NCBI GenBank assembly: GCA_964036045.1
Contig: OZ038378.1
Location: 3,348,001 to 3,412,000 of the forward strand
Direction of reading: 5' to 3'
DNA length: 64,000 nucleotides
Origin: Eutreptiella sp. 'Long Island Sound 2002'
Taxonomy: Eukaryota; Protista; Euglenida
The number at the start of each line of letters is the position of its first letter. The first letter of the stretch is position 1. The translations under genes and the position numbers were made by a program. The notes beneath the pieces are model-generated. The model had not been told where the DNA came from. It did not search any database and was given only the letters and a program-made list of their open reading frames with translations. Shown piece after piece: positions 36,272 to 49,980 of the stretch.

Positions 36272-39200
36272 CCAAGCTGGTTCACACAACGGAGATCCAA
36301 GCTGGTTCAGAAAACGAAGATCCAAGCTGGTTCACACAAAGGAGATCCAAGCCGGTTCACACAACGGAGATCCAAACTGGTTCACACAATGGAGATCCAA
36401 GCTGGTTCACACAACGGAGATCCAAGCCGGTTCACACAATGGAGATCCAAGCTGGTTCACACAATGGAGATCCAAGCTGGTTCACACAATGGAGATCCAA
36501 GCTGGTTCACACCATGGAGATCCAAGCCGGTTCACACAATGGAGATCGAAGCTGGTTCACACAATGGAGATCCAAGCCGGTTCACACAATGGAGATCCAA
36601 GCTGGTTCACACAACGGAGATCCAAGCTGGTTCACACCATGGAGATCCAAGCTGGTTAACACAATGGAGGTCCAAGCTGGTTCACACAACGGAGATCCAA
36701 GCTGGTTCACACAATGGAGATCCAAGCCGGTTCACACAACGGAGATCCAAGCTGGTTCACACAACGGAGATCCAAGCTGGTTCACACCATGGAGATCCAA
36801 GCCGGTTAACACAATGGAGATCCAAGCTGGTTCACACAACGGAGATCCAAGCCGGTTCACACAACGGAGATCCAAGCTGGTTCACACAATGGAGATCCAA
36901 GCCGGTTCACACAATGGAGATCCAAGCTGATTCACACAACGGAGATCCAAGCCGGTTCACACAACGGAGATCCAAGCTGGTTCACACAAAGGAGATCCAA
37001 GGCGGTTCACACAACGGAGATCCAAGCTGGTTCACACAATGGAGATCCAAGCCGGTTCACACAACGGAGATCCAAGCTGATTCACACAACGGAGATCCAA
37101 GCTGGTTCACACAACGGAGATCCAAGCTGGTTCACACAAAGGAGATCCAAGCCGGTTCACACAACGGAGATCCAAACTGGTTCACACAATGGAGATCCAA
37201 GCTGGTTCACACAACGGAGATCCAAGCTGGTTCACACAATGGAGATCCAAGCCGGTTCACACAACGGAGATCCAAGCTGGTTCACACAACGGAGATCCAA
37301 GCCGGTTCACACCATGGAGATCCAAGCTGGTTCGCACAAAGGAGATCCCAGCCGGTTCACACAACGGAGATCCAAACTGGTTCACACAATGGAGATCCAA
37401 GCTGGTTCACACAACGGAGATCCAAGCTGGTTCACACAATGGAGATCCAAGCCGGTTCACACAATGGAGATCGAAGCTAGTTCACACAACGGAGATCCAA
37501 GCTGGTTCACACAATGGAGATCCAAGCTGGTTCACACAACGGAGATCCAAGCTGGTTCACACAATGGAGATCCAAGCCGGTTCACACAATGGAGATCCAA
37601 GCTGGTTCACACAACGGAGATCCAAGCTGGTTCACACAATGGAGATCCAAGCCGGTTCACACAATGGAGATCCAAGCTGGTTCACACAACGGAGATCCAA
37701 GCTGGTTCACACAACGGAGATCCAAGCCGGTTCACACAATGGAGATCCAAGCCGGTTCACACAATGGAGATCCAAGCCGGTTCACACAATGGAGATCCAA
37801 GCTGGTTCACACAACGGAGATCCAAGCTGGTTCACACAACGGAGATCCAAGCTGGTTCACACAATGGAGATCCAAGCCGGTTCACACAACGGAGATCCAA
37901 GCTGATTCACACAACGGAGATCCAAACTGGTTCACACAATGGAGATCCAAGCTAGTTCACACAACGGAGATCCAAGCTGGTTCACACAATGGAGATCCAA
38001 GCCGGTTCACACAATGGAGATCCAAGCTGGTTCACACAATGGAGATCGAAGCTGGTTCACACAACGGAGATCCAACCTGGTTCACACAATGGAGATCCAA
38101 GCTGGTTCACACAACGGAGATCCAAGCTGGTTCACACAATGGAGATCCACGCCGGTTCACACAATGGAGATCCAAGCTGGTTCACACAACGGAGATCCAA
38201 GCTGGTTCACACAATGGAGATCCAAGCTGGTTCACACCATGGAGATCCAAGCTGGTTCACACAATGGAGATCCAAGCCGGTTCACACAATGGAGATCCAA
38301 GCCGGTTCACACAATGGAGATCCAAGCTGGTTCACACAACGGAGATCCAAGCTGGTTCACACAATGGAGATCCAAGCCGGTTAACACAATGGAGATCCAA
38401 GCTGGTTCACACAAAGGAGATCCAAGCCGGTTCACACAACGGAGATCCAAGCTGATTCACACAACGGAGATCCAAGCCGGTTCACACAACGGAGATCCAA
38501 GCTGGTTCACACAACGGAGATCCAAGCTGGTTCACAAAACGGAGATCCAAGCTGGTTCACACCATGGAGATCCAAGCCGGTTCACAAAACGGAGATCCAA
38601 GCTGGTTCACACAATGGAGATCCAAGCCGGTTCACACAACGGAGATCCAAGCTGGTTCACACAATGGAGATCCAAGCCGGTTCACACAATGGAGATCCAA
38701 GCCGGTTCACACAATGGAGATCCAAGCTGGTTCACACAACGGAGATCCAAGCTGGTTCACACCATGGAGATCCAAGCCGGTTCACACAATAGAGATCCAA
38801 GCTGGTTCACACAATGGACATCCAAGCTGGTTCACACAACGGAGATCCAAGCTGGTTCACACAATGGAGATCCAAGCCGGTTCACACAATGGAGATCCAA
38901 GCCGGTTCACACAATGGAGATCCAAGCTGGTTCACACAACGGAGATCCAAGCCGGTTCACACCATGGAGATCCAAGCCGGTTCACACAATGGAGATCCAA
39001 GCTGGTTCACACCATGGAGATCCAAGCTGGTTCACAAAACGGAGATCCAAGCTGGTTCACACCATGGAGATCCAAGCCGGTTCACACAATGGAGATCGAA
39101 GCTGGTTCACACAACGGAGATCCAAGCTGGTTCACACAACGGAGATCCAAGCTGGTTCACACAATGGAGATCCAAGCTGGTTCACACAACGGAGATCCAA

Positions 39201-39700
39201 GCTGGTTCACACAACGGAGATCCAAGCTGGTTCACACAACGGAGATCCAAGCTGGTTCACACAATGGAGATCCAAACCGGTTCACACAACGGAGATCCAA
39301 GCTGGTTCACACAACGGAGATCCAAGCCGGTTCACAAAACGGAGATCCAAGCTGGTTCACACAATTGAGATCCAAGCCGGTTCACACAATGGAGATCCAA
39401 GCTGGTTCACACAACGGAGATCCAAGCCGGTTCACACAACGGAGATCCAAGCTGGTTCACACAACGGAGATCCAAGCTGGTTCACACAACGGAGATCCAA
39501 GCCGGTTCACACAACGGAGATCCAAGCTGGTTCACACAATGGAGATCCAAACCGGTTCACACAACGGAGATCCAAGCTGGTTCACACAACGGAGATCCAA
39601 GCTGGTTCCCACAACGGAGATCCAAACTAGTTCCCGAAACGCATTACGCAATGGAGATCCAAGGCGGTTCACACAACGGAGATCCAAGCCGGTTCCCACA
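36272..39700. repeat. Homogeneous 25-bp satellite (GGAGATCCAAGCYGGTTCACACAAY), roughly 135 copies
   Basis: Continuous 25-bp periodicity with no unique spacers. The long ORFs here are artefacts. Confidence 0.97.
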
Positions 39701-40084
39701 ATGCGTAAATGCCCCCGGTGGGTGACCTAAGACCCCACCCACCCCTATATGAAGAGAGGTGCCCGGCCATTGCCTGGAGGGGCCACAAAGTATGGAAGAC
39801 GACGGCAAACACGAAAGAAGGGAGTAGTGGGAATGGAGATGCAAGCTTGTTTATACAATCGGGATCCAAGCAGGTTCCCACAACCGAGATCCAAGCCGGT
39901 TCCCACAACGGAGATCCAAACTAGTTCCCGAAACGCATTACGCAATGGAGATCCAAGGCGGTTCACACCACGGAGATCCAAGCCGGTTCCCACAATGCGT
40001 AAATGCCCCCGGTGGGTGACCTAAGACCCCACCCACCCCTATATGAAGAGAGGTGCCCGGCCATTGCCTGGAGGGGCCACAAAG
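39604..40084. repeat. 187-bp block duplicated at 294-bp spacing, forming the right end of the satellite
   Basis: 39604-39790 and 39898-40084 are near-identical (satellite-derived units + unique GC-rich tail). Confidence 0.85.
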
Positions 40085-40311
40085 AAGAAGTGTGTAGTCA
40101 TGATTTGCCAACTCAGAGTCCATCTCAAGGGCCCACACAAGGCGTGTGGGAGTCCATCCCGCGCCAGGGGCCCCTTGTCTGCAGGATGACGATTGCATTT
40201 AACAAGGTCGATTTTTGAATAAGCAGGTTGTGTACCATTCCCTGCGAGCCCCCCCCCCGCCGCGACCTAATACCGAACTATGGTGAAAACCACATAAATA
40301 CAGCCTAAAAA

Positions 40312-43039
40312 ATGCTTGACATACAGGGGGTGTACTGCACACGGCCGCAAGACATCGCGACCGCATTTAAGGAATTCTGGGAGCAAGTCATGAAAAAACC
40401 AGACCAGTCGGTAGAACAGTGCAGAGAGTGGATGGAAGGTCTGGGGATACCGCGCAGGGTGCGACAGGCATTGCCCAAGCTGACAAAGAAAGTGTCCGGG
40501 GACACGGTGCAGGCTGCGCTCGAGCGCATGAAGAAGGGATCGTCGCCGGGATTAGACGGGATCCCGGTTGAGGTCTACTCAGCAATGGCAGAGGTGTTCA
40601 TCCCTCCTATGACTATAGCGATCAACAGCTGTCTTCAACAGCGTCAGGCGCCAGCACAATGGCTGGTGAGCTTGCAGCGAAATATACCAAAGGGTCGGGC
40701 AGCGGACACAGTTGGCGAGATGCGACCTATTGCATTACAGACGGTGATTTGGAAATGGATGGCAACAACCATCCTAGTCCTCATAGAGGACGCGTTACAG
40801 GTAGCAGTGCCACCAGCCCAAAAGGGGTTTTTGAAAAATAGACAAATGCTCCAGCACATAATAAACGCCAAGGGCCTGTGGCACTCGGAGACAGAGGGCA
40901 CATTTCTGTCAGTGGACTTCGCCAAAGCTTATGATTCAGTATCACACAGCTTCTTTGCAGCAGGCATGCAGTTCTTGGGAATGCCGACTGAGATCACAGA
41001 GCTTCTGGTACATTCACTGTCAGGACAAGTGCAGTTCTGTGTGGACAATGGTGTGGTTCCTGGCATATCCATGCAACCGGAGTCTGGGATTCGCCAAGGC
41101 GACCCACTATCCCCGCCAATCTTTGCGTTACTAACAATCTTCCTGGTGTACCAGTTCCGGAAACGGTGTCCGGAAGCACAGCTAATGCTGTATGCAGATG
41201 ACTTATTAATATGGATACCTGGGGGGGATGAGGAAGCTCTGAATCAGGCAGAACGAGCTATGAATCTGCTCAATGAATTCGGGAAGTTCTCGGGACTACA
41301 TGTCAATCCGTCCAAGTCTTTTGCGGTACTCAAACGGGTGTGCGGTCCGTTGCCAGAGCGCTATGTTGGGTTGGAAGTGCGGGAAAGAGTCAAGTACCTG
41401 GGTGTTTTAATCGGACAGGTGAATGCGGAGCAGGCCTATGCTGGCCCAATGGCTAAAATGAAGTCCAGGGCGACTTTTCTGAAAACATTACCATTGGATC
41501 TGTGGGAACGTGCGGAAATCTACAAGGTGTGGGTGCAGCCTGTGGTGCAGTTAACAGCACGAGTGTATGAACCATCACAGAAGGTATTGACGACTCTCAA
41601 TGTTATATTCAAAATTGCCTTGGGGATATCCACGTGGGACCTCAGTCCAGCGATGTTGGCGCTGCCGTACAACCAGGGTGGAGTGTGGACGTACCCACTG
41701 GCTGTCTGGGTGCGATTTCAGTATGGGCGCTTGTTCCAATCTGTTCTAAAGGATAAAGTGTGCTTCTCAGGCCAATGGGTAGCGAATTTCGAACAGTGGG
41801 CGGAGTCAATTGGGCTGTCCCTGAGGCCGTCCTTCTTGCCATATCTGCAGCTAGCTGTGGTAAAAATGAGCGCACGAACGTGGCTGCAAGCATCAGTGCT
41901 CATGTTTTCGCGGTTGCGCCAGCGGGCGGCAGCTCCGCCCTTGGTGGGAATACCCAGCAACATGCCGCTGTGGCACAACGTGCTCTTCAGAAACAAGTTG
42001 GGGCATACCTATTATTCTCCGAGTCTCGTGCGCAAGGGGATTAGCACTTTGGCACAAATTGTGGAGGGAGGAGAGTTGCAGGCGGCGGTGAAACTACCCC
42101 CGACATGGACGCCGGTGTATCAGACAAAAATACCACAAGTGCTAGCTTTACCGGTGCAGGATTTGCCTAAAGAGTGGACGCAACCAAATCAGAAAATGCT
42201 AGCAGTGCTTTGTCCGCTGGAGCCGCCACAAAAACGGCAGGAGCCAGAGGTGTGGGAACAGTTGGCACAACTCAAGCTACCGGGGGCGCAACGAGATTTC
42301 ATGCGAAGGGCGCTGTGGAAAAAGCTAGCGGTGGGGGCGCGCACGCAGCACGCCTATCATCAACCCAACTGCATCTTATGCTCTGTACCCGAAACTATCA
42401 AACATGTGCTTACAGCGTGCAAATTCTGGCCAGTGGCCGTGGATATTGTGCGTAAAGCCTTTGGCCCGGTATGGGGCCGGGACGGGGCCATGTGCCCCAT
42501 GGATACGTTGCTTGTGGCTCAGCCACTGCTATCGCTGAGCACCACGCAGGGACTGGCGCTATGGGCTGCGGCTAGAGCGTCCTGGGTCCTGCGATGTGAT
42601 GCAAAATTTAGATCGCTGTCGGTGGCAATGCCTGACTTTGTAGTAGCCTGGATGACACTTGTAGAGGTGTGGGCGTCGGCACCACAGTCATCATTTGTGA
42701 GGCAAGAGGCCAAACATCTGTGCAACTGTCTTAGGAAATTCTTGGATGGAGATCAGCCATTTCCCTCCATGCAGCCACAGGGGGCAATTGTCAGAGGACG
42801 GGGGGCACAAGTGCCAAAAAAGGCAAAATGGGCATCGGTTTTGCCGAGCCTGCTGCAGAAAATTGACGCTAAAGCACAGCAAGGATGGGATGTGGCTTTT
42901 GTTGATGGGTCCAAGCAGGAGACAGGTGGTGTGCATCATGCAGGCTATGGTGTGTGGTTTGGGGACAATGACGAACGCAATGAGGAGCTGCCGCTATTGA
43001 ATACAGAGCGGCAATCTATAACTCGGGCTGAGCTGAGAG
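40312..43039 (+). mobile_element. L1/Tx1-like non-LTR retrotransposon ORF2 (RT, zf-RVT, RNase H); endonuclease missing at the 5' end, 3' end lost in the gap
   Basis: SSPGLDGIP, MRPIAL, SVDFAKAYDSV, GIRQGDPLSP, YADD (41191-41202), GLHVNPSKS, KYLGV; CILCSVPETIKHVLTAC; AFVDGS...AGYGVWFG...RQSITRAEL. The frame is open for ~909 codons. Confidence 0.93.
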
Positions 43040-43239
43040 NNNNNNNNNNNNNNNNNNNNNNNNNNNNNNNNNNNNNNNNNNNNNNNNNNNNNNNNNNNNN
43101 NNNNNNNNNNNNNNNNNNNNNNNNNNNNNNNNNNNNNNNNNNNNNNNNNNNNNNNNNNNNNNNNNNNNNNNNNNNNNNNNNNNNNNNNNNNNNNNNNNNN
43201 NNNNNNNNNNNNNNNNNNNNNNNNNNNNNNNNNNNNNNN
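43040..43239. other. Assembly gap (200 N)
   Basis: Run of n. Confidence 1.
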
Positions 43240-45315
43240 CCCCCACCCCCCCCCCTAAAAAGTGGGTTTCAAGTGGGGGGGGTCTGGGGGGGTCCGGACC
43301 AAAAAACTCATTGGGGGATGCGTTTATTGGACAAAATAATGATTTTACAAGGGGTTAAACTAACAATTCAACCCCTTGGGGTAGGGTACGCGAATAGGCC
43401 CAAATGGGGGGGTATGTGGCGTTTTCCCCATATATACGCCCACCTGGCTTTGATCTAACAACCTCTGCGAGGTGATTTTACAAGGCGCCGAACCCGCCGA
43501 AGCTGATTTACACTGTGATACTATGTTGCAGTTTGGTGGTGCTATCCCCCCCCCAGGGGGGGGAACTGTCACGACACTGGTGGGGAGATTACAGGGGGGG
43601 GGGGGTAAGGTACATGCAAAACCCATTCTGTGGGTGACGGTTGGTGAAGTCGGTGTTGGGGGGGGGGGGGGCGCAGCTGATCCCGTTCACCCTCCCGAAG
43701 AGAAAGGATAGACGACCTTGACCTTTGCGGGGGGGGGGGGGGGATGACAAAGTGAGTACACAGGTGTGGTTTGTGCACGAGAACTGCAGCCGTCCGGACG
43801 TGTAGTCAGAGCTTGCTTTGGGGGCTGGCCTCAAACCTTGTGCGACCATGCAGGGCATGGCCCACAGTGAGGGAGTACGTAGCAATCCTAATGGTGCCGC
43901 AATGCATACATGGGCATGTGCCCTGTATTTCACATGCACCAGCGCCCATGCAATGGCAGAGGGGTGGTAGTAGGGAGCCGCCCGCTGCGGCACATTTATC
44001 AAGTCCTGCAGGACAGGCATGCGAGTGTCCCTTGGGGCTCCCTGCAGACCAACTGAGCAGCGACGGAGGTTTTGTGGTTGGAGGCCTTCCTCCGCAACGG
44101 TGGAGTCAAAGATCAGAATCATATCCCATGTCCGCTCCACGCCATGGCACGAAGCCATATGAAGAACGGCAGCGCTTGCCCCCGAGGACGGAGGCACATC
44201 TGCGTCTTTCCCCACTTTTGAGATCATCAACCTCACCGCTCTCTTCTTTCTCCTCTCTCTTCTTGGAGCAAGAGCTGAGCGGCCCCCCTCCAGTGTACTT
44301 GCGTGTCCAAGTTGGCTTAACTCCCCCTCGCCCCCTGTACCCACCAATTACAGCCCCCCCCCCCCCCCCCGCGCGCCTCTCACTGCTGCATTTACTTATT
44401 ACCAAATTGGTGGCATGTCCCTCTCCTCAGTTTCTGCCGATAGCAAAATCTGTGACCGCAGACGCGCTCAGTGTCGCAAAATGCTTTTTAGAGAGGAAAG
44501 TTGAGGTCTAGCGAATCCAGTTGAGGCGTGTGGCGTTCAGTAGGTGTGTATACCCGTGCCCTGTCATGGGCTCGCCCCTTAGGTGGGCGCCCACACAGGG
44601 GTCTGAGCATGGGCGTTGGCATGGGGCATTGGCAAGGATCTGAGCATGGGTGCATGTCTTTGTGTCATCCTGGGCAAGAGGATGGGCAAAGCTGTGTGTC
44701 AGCGCCGACCACACACTTTTGCTGCGGTGCGAACAGAGCCGAGCGGTATGATAGGGGACCCTACGGTTTGGTTTCGGATGCGCCTGGGCATCACAAGGCG
44801 TGACACAGATGCACTTGGGCGGAGGCTTCATACCCCTGGACCCAAGGATAGTCTCACCAGGCTGAAGGACCGGATCCAGGGATCTAGGTCTTTTGGTGAC
44901 CATTGCTGCTGGACTCAGTATGGCCGGCGGTCCTGCATGAGTACTGACGCCGCTCCCGCTGACCATCCTCTGTTGTGCTGGTGCGGGTGTTGGTACTGGG
45001 GCTCGCCAAGAGGGGTGGGGCAGGGGATTGAACCCGTCTTTTGCCCTGCAACGAACCCCTGGCGCACCAACATCCTGAACCCCAATAGCCCAATGCGCTC
45101 CTTAACATGGTGTTACCACCATCGTGTGCACACGCACACACGCCAACACACACAAACCGGCCAAAGGGGGGGCGCAGGCGCCTCCTTTCACTTTTACCCA
45201 GTGATCGGGGATGGGTGTATACCACAACGCCCGTACACAGGCACGCGCAAGCACACGCACGCAACCAAGGTGATGCCATCAGCGCCGCAGGCAGCACAAC
45301 TAGCACAACCACACT

Positions 45316-45428
45316 GCAGTACACACAACCTGCCCGCCTGTACCACATGCAAGCGATTACGGAAGCCGGCCAGTACACACAACCTGCCCGCCTGTACCAC
45401 ATGCAAGCGATTATGGAAGCCAGCCAGC
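45316..45428. repeat. Two 54-bp tandem copies
   Basis: CAGTACACACAACCTGCCCGCCTGTACCACATGCAAGCGATTA.GGAAGC.. x2. Confidence 0.8.
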
Positions 45429-46623
45429 ACCTGCTTTGCCCTCGGCCACCATGCAGCGGGTCACATCTCACGCAGGCCATAGTCATAGTAGTGTGCGGCG
45501 CACCAGCTCCCCCCATGCCCTTACTGTACTCTCAAACAACGAGGAGTAAGGCAGTGTTGTGCCAAGGGCCACCACTGTGTGTGCACCCCCGTCCCTACGC
45601 ATCGCAAGCGCACGCTTTCGTCACACGTTCATGCCCCACACAAAAAACCACGCCTGTCGAGGCCAGCACAACCACTACCAGTCTCACAAAGATCACCACA
45701 TTGCCCCCCCCACTCCTCCGGCCCCCAAGCGCAGGAGGCCAAAAGCAACACCGCCCCCGTCCCCCCCCCTTGCACGTGTGCCACAGGGGCTGGAGGAGAT
45801 GGGTGCAGAGGATATTGTACCTCGACAACTTTTCATGTCGAGGCACGGCAGAGCGAACATGGCGGTACCCCAACCAACACATCAAAGAGGTTCCGATTCC
45901 GCAGAAGAGGCACAACCACCGTTACAAAGAGGCATCAGCGCTCTGAGCCAAATAGGACGGCCGCCTTCATGCTGCATTAGGGTCTACCTCATAAATCGTA
46001 CATAAGAGCGGCCAGGACATTAAAAAGCCTTCAACCTCATAAATAGTACAGATCACACACACACAGACACACACACGTGCACCCTCTACATATGGAGATG
46101 CAGAGCCTGTATTGGCTTCCCCCCTGCAGGGCCGAACACAGAACTCATGGTTTGCAGTAGTGGTAGGATGTAGGAATGTTGAACCTCGCAGTTTGAGCAT
46201 GATTGGAAATTGATACCTTGGCACACACACGTGCACCCACGCGCACGCACGCACGCACCCCGCACCCACACACCCACACACAGACATGCTTCATGCTTCA
46301 TCCTTGGGGCACGGCTGCTTAGAGGCTTATCGGCTTTATGTCCCCCGCGCCGTAGGTCATTGTTAGTTGGAGATCCCACCAGACCCAACACTGTTGTCTC
46401 CTGCCCCCGGTAAGCACAGCACTCCAGCTAGCTGCTATGAAAATCCCACGGTTTGGGGCAAACATTGGCCCTTTCTTCGCCCCTACTACTCCCCATTCGA
46501 CAGGGGATCACCCCCCCCCCCGGGTTATTAACGTTGATGCCGAACGCTCCGCACCGCGGCACAAGCTGACAAGGTTAACTTCTTACCCCCCACCCTCCTT
46601 GTCACCGGCGCAATGCCCAGCTC

Positions 46624-46878
46624 CATGGGTGTAATGCCTTGTTCCGCGGGCGCAATGCCCACCTCCACAGGCGCAATACCCCGCTCCACGGGCACAATGC
46701 CTTGCTCTAGGTGCGCAATGCCCAACCCCATGGGCGCAGTGCCCTGTTCCGGGGGTGCAATGCCCAATTACATGGGCGCAATGCCTTGCTCTAGGTGCGC
46801 AATGCCCAACCCCGTGGGCGTAGTGCCTTGTTCCACGGGCGCACTACCGAGCTCCATGGGCGCAATGCCCTGTTTCAT
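46624..46878. repeat. 21-bp minisatellite, ~12 diverged copies (ATGGGCGCAATGCCYTGTTCC)
   Basis: GGGCGCAATGCC-like core every 21 bp. Confidence 0.85.
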
Positions 46879-47241
46879 GGACACAATTTGCTGCCGGCCA
46901 AAAACTAGTCAAGGCTTAACGTCTCCATTCGCTGGCCCACAAACCGGCCATGGCTTAATGCCTCCATCCTCAGAACTCTTGAACAGATGGTTTCGCTGAG
47001 AGCTCATAGGAAGAGTAGTGAATGTTAAACAACACGTCCCCAACACGGAGACATGCCTCGCCCGCATGAAGCTGTAGGTTACCCAATTCATGCTGTACAT
47101 ACTCTCTGGGCCCGAGTGCCCACGCACACCGGAGGTCGGATGGCCTGAACTCAGTCTGGTGTCAGCAACAAAAGAAAAAAGAAAAGTAAAGTAGTGAATG
47201 TTGAACCTCGCAATTTGAGCATGGATTGAAAGATTTGGGCG

Positions 47242-47284
<43 letters not shown>

Positions 47285-47537
47285 AGTGACCCACGAACCA
47301 GCCCCATTTTTGCTATGCAAGTGTGTACAAAGTACCTCAGAGAACTGCCACAGGCACGAGCAGAGCATGGATTGAATCACCCCCAACGCGGGGCAATTGG
47401 CGATTGGCGCACACACACACGCGCGCGCAAGCACGCACACGCACACACTTGCATTTTGTGCCAGCGCTCCCGATCAGCCATGAGGTATCGGCGATGTGTA
47501 TCACAGGTATTTTTCCCCCCCAACGAGAGGTCTGCCC

Positions 47538-48155
47538 ATGGCCATGCAGTGCCATTTCCTCTCCTATCTCCCCGTCATGACGACCATCTGTGGGCTGCTG
47601 ACGGTGTATGTCCCGACGGTGATCTTCTACATCTCCCACGACACCGCCACATACCACCGCGACGAGGGCATGGGGATGATCCGGTCCCTCTCGGACGCCA
47701 GCTCCCGCGCCCCCGAGTACAACTTCTTCGCCCCCTTGGCGGCCCTGACGGCGTATCTGCTCTTCACCTGCAGCGTCCTGGGCGGCATGTTCATCTGGGA
47801 CTGCTGCCCGGCCGCGGTCCCCTGCTGCGACCTGCTCCTGCTGCGCCTCGTGGTGCTGGCGTACTGGGTGCTGGGCGCGCTCTGCGCCATCGGCGCGTAC
47901 GGGGTCGGCTTTGTGCCCTCTGCTGCGGAATCGGAGCAGCACCCGGAGAACCAGGCGCACTTCATCTGCTTCGGGCTGTTCTTCATCTGCTACATTTCGC
48001 AGAGCTGGCTGTACTTGGGAGTGCTGCGCCGTGCGAGCACGAAGGGCCTGGTGCGCTTCCCGCTCGTCCGGCAGGTCTTCTCGCTGTTCTGCCTGGTGGT
48101 TGCTTGCTCCTGCCTGATTGGCTTCCTCATGTCCCCCAACCAGAGCTCCATTCAG
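47538..48155 (+). CDS. Frag1/DRAM/Sfk1-like multi-pass membrane protein, exon 1
   Basis: Several hydrophobic helices, the motif ISD-like SLSDASSRAPEY..F, a conserved His (QAHFICFGLFF), GC3-rich codons. Ends CAG|GTGTAC, phase 0. Confidence 0.7.
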
Positions 48156-48607
48156 GTGTACGCCCGGAGGGATGGGGTGCCTGTATTGTGCAGGAGGGGG
48201 AGGGGGCGTCCGCCCAGTTCTGTGCGTCTTGGATTTGTTGTGGGTGTTCCTTGCGTTGTTTTATGATGATTGCTGTGCTCTTGGCTTTGCGCGCTTGTTT
48301 TTTGGTTTGCAATTCTCATGTGAGTCCTTCGTACCCCCCCCCCCCCCTTGCGCAAGCACTGCCTTGTCTTGTGCAGTGTCTTTTGATTCGGTGTGCCTTG
48401 TGTGGACCTCCATGTGAGCACTGCGTAGATTTGACGTACGCCGAGTTGCGAATGTTCATCGTCGGCTTTGATTGCCTCTTCACGCGTACTGCTACAATTT
48501 TGCGCTCTCTCTGCGACGTTTCTGGCATGCCATACTTGTGGCTATGTTCACCGTCATCTTTGGTGTACCTCAACAGACGTGTGTCAGTGTTTCGTGAGCC
48601 GTGTCTG

Positions 48608-49005
48608 GGCGACCTGAAAATTGCTCTGCGGGGGGGGGGTGACATGGACGCCCGCCGAAGGAGGGGCAGGGGGTTGGAGAAATGGGGTTCCGTGTCGGGC
48701 CCTTTATTTTGTGTAAGAACGGATGTTGGCGCCAAAGGCGCAGGAACACAAATTTTGGCCCGAAAAAGTTTTTTCCACCAATAATTCCCCCCCCCTCCCA
48801 CATTTGAGTAGTCAAAATGATCAGCGCGACGTGGGTATCATTTTGAGCCACAGATGTTGGGTTGACCCACCCCCCCCCCGGCACGGCAGGTCGGGCACCC
48901 CCGCCCTGAACCCCCCTCCCGTCACGGCGGCCAAGGAGGGGGGGCGGGGGGTTGGGAAAATGGGCCTCCGTGTCACCCCCCCCTCAGAGCAATTTTCTTC
49001 CCGCC
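48608..49005. mobile_element. 398-bp MITE with ~45-bp imperfect TIRs in the intron, flanked by a 72-bp direct repeat
   Basis: The left end GGCG....GAAAATTGCTCTG.GGGGGGGGTGACA.GGA.GCCC is the reverse complement of 48962-49005. 48536-48607 = 49006-49077 (1 mismatch). Confidence 0.8.
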
Positions 49006-49088
49006 TTATGGCTATGTTCACCGTCATCTTTGGTGTACCTCAACAGACGTGTGTCAGTGTTTCGTGAGCCGTGTCTGTCGGTGTGCAG

Positions 49089-49502
49089 GGCGTTCTGGAG
49101 TACCTCATGCTCACCGCGATGCTGTTCGGTTTCTGGGGGCTCTCCGGTCCCTTTGCCAACACGCCGTCGTCGATCTGCTTCGGCGGAGACCAGTCCCCCG
49201 CCCAGCACCCGGAGAACTACCAGCTCCACGACCTGCTCTACCAACCCCAGCCCCAGGACAAGCCCCTGTCTCTGTTCTCTGCCGGGTCACCGTCCCCTGT
49301 CACCAACGAGGAGGGCGCTGCGGAGGCGGTGCACACCGGACTGACGGCCAGCGAGAAGACGTACGTCCTGCAGCAGTGTTCCGAGGGCTTGGTGCGTCGC
49401 CGGTCCGTGGATTTCTTGACCCGGCAATTCTCGGCAGATTCCACACGCCGCCGCTCTGTAGACCTCTCGGTATCGATTAGCGATGACCCATCGACCTGGT
49501 AG
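49089..49502 (+). CDS. Frag1/DRAM/Sfk1-like protein, exon 2 (spliced protein ~343 aa)
   Basis: Acceptor GTGTGCAG|GGC, phase 0. GVLEYLML resembles the family xxEW/EY last-helix motif and is followed by a hydrophilic tail. TAG at 49500-49502. Confidence 0.7.
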   Translation, partial: GVLEYLMLTAMLFGFWGLSGPFANTPSSICFGGDQSPAQHPENYQLHDLLYQPQPQDKPLSLFSAGSPSPVTNEEGAAEAVHTGLTASEKTYVLQQCSEGLVRRRSVDFLTRQFSADSTRRRSVDLSVSISDDPSTW

Positions 49503-49526
49503 TCCGAAGTTGGGTACCCACCCTAA

Positions 49527-49980
<454 letters not shown>

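Noticed and set aside
36272-39700. CRISPR array, or the long HTMEIQAGSHNGDPS ORFs
   Set aside because: The units are contiguous with no unique spacers and no cas genes are present. The ORFs arise because a stop-free 25-bp unit cycles through all three frames.
43240-43750. G/C-run-bounded segment resembling a MITE (similar segments near 9770-10060, 12170-12690 and 51460-51635)
   Set aside because: These are probably dispersed non-autonomous repeats, but TIRs and TSDs could not be defined reliably within this window.
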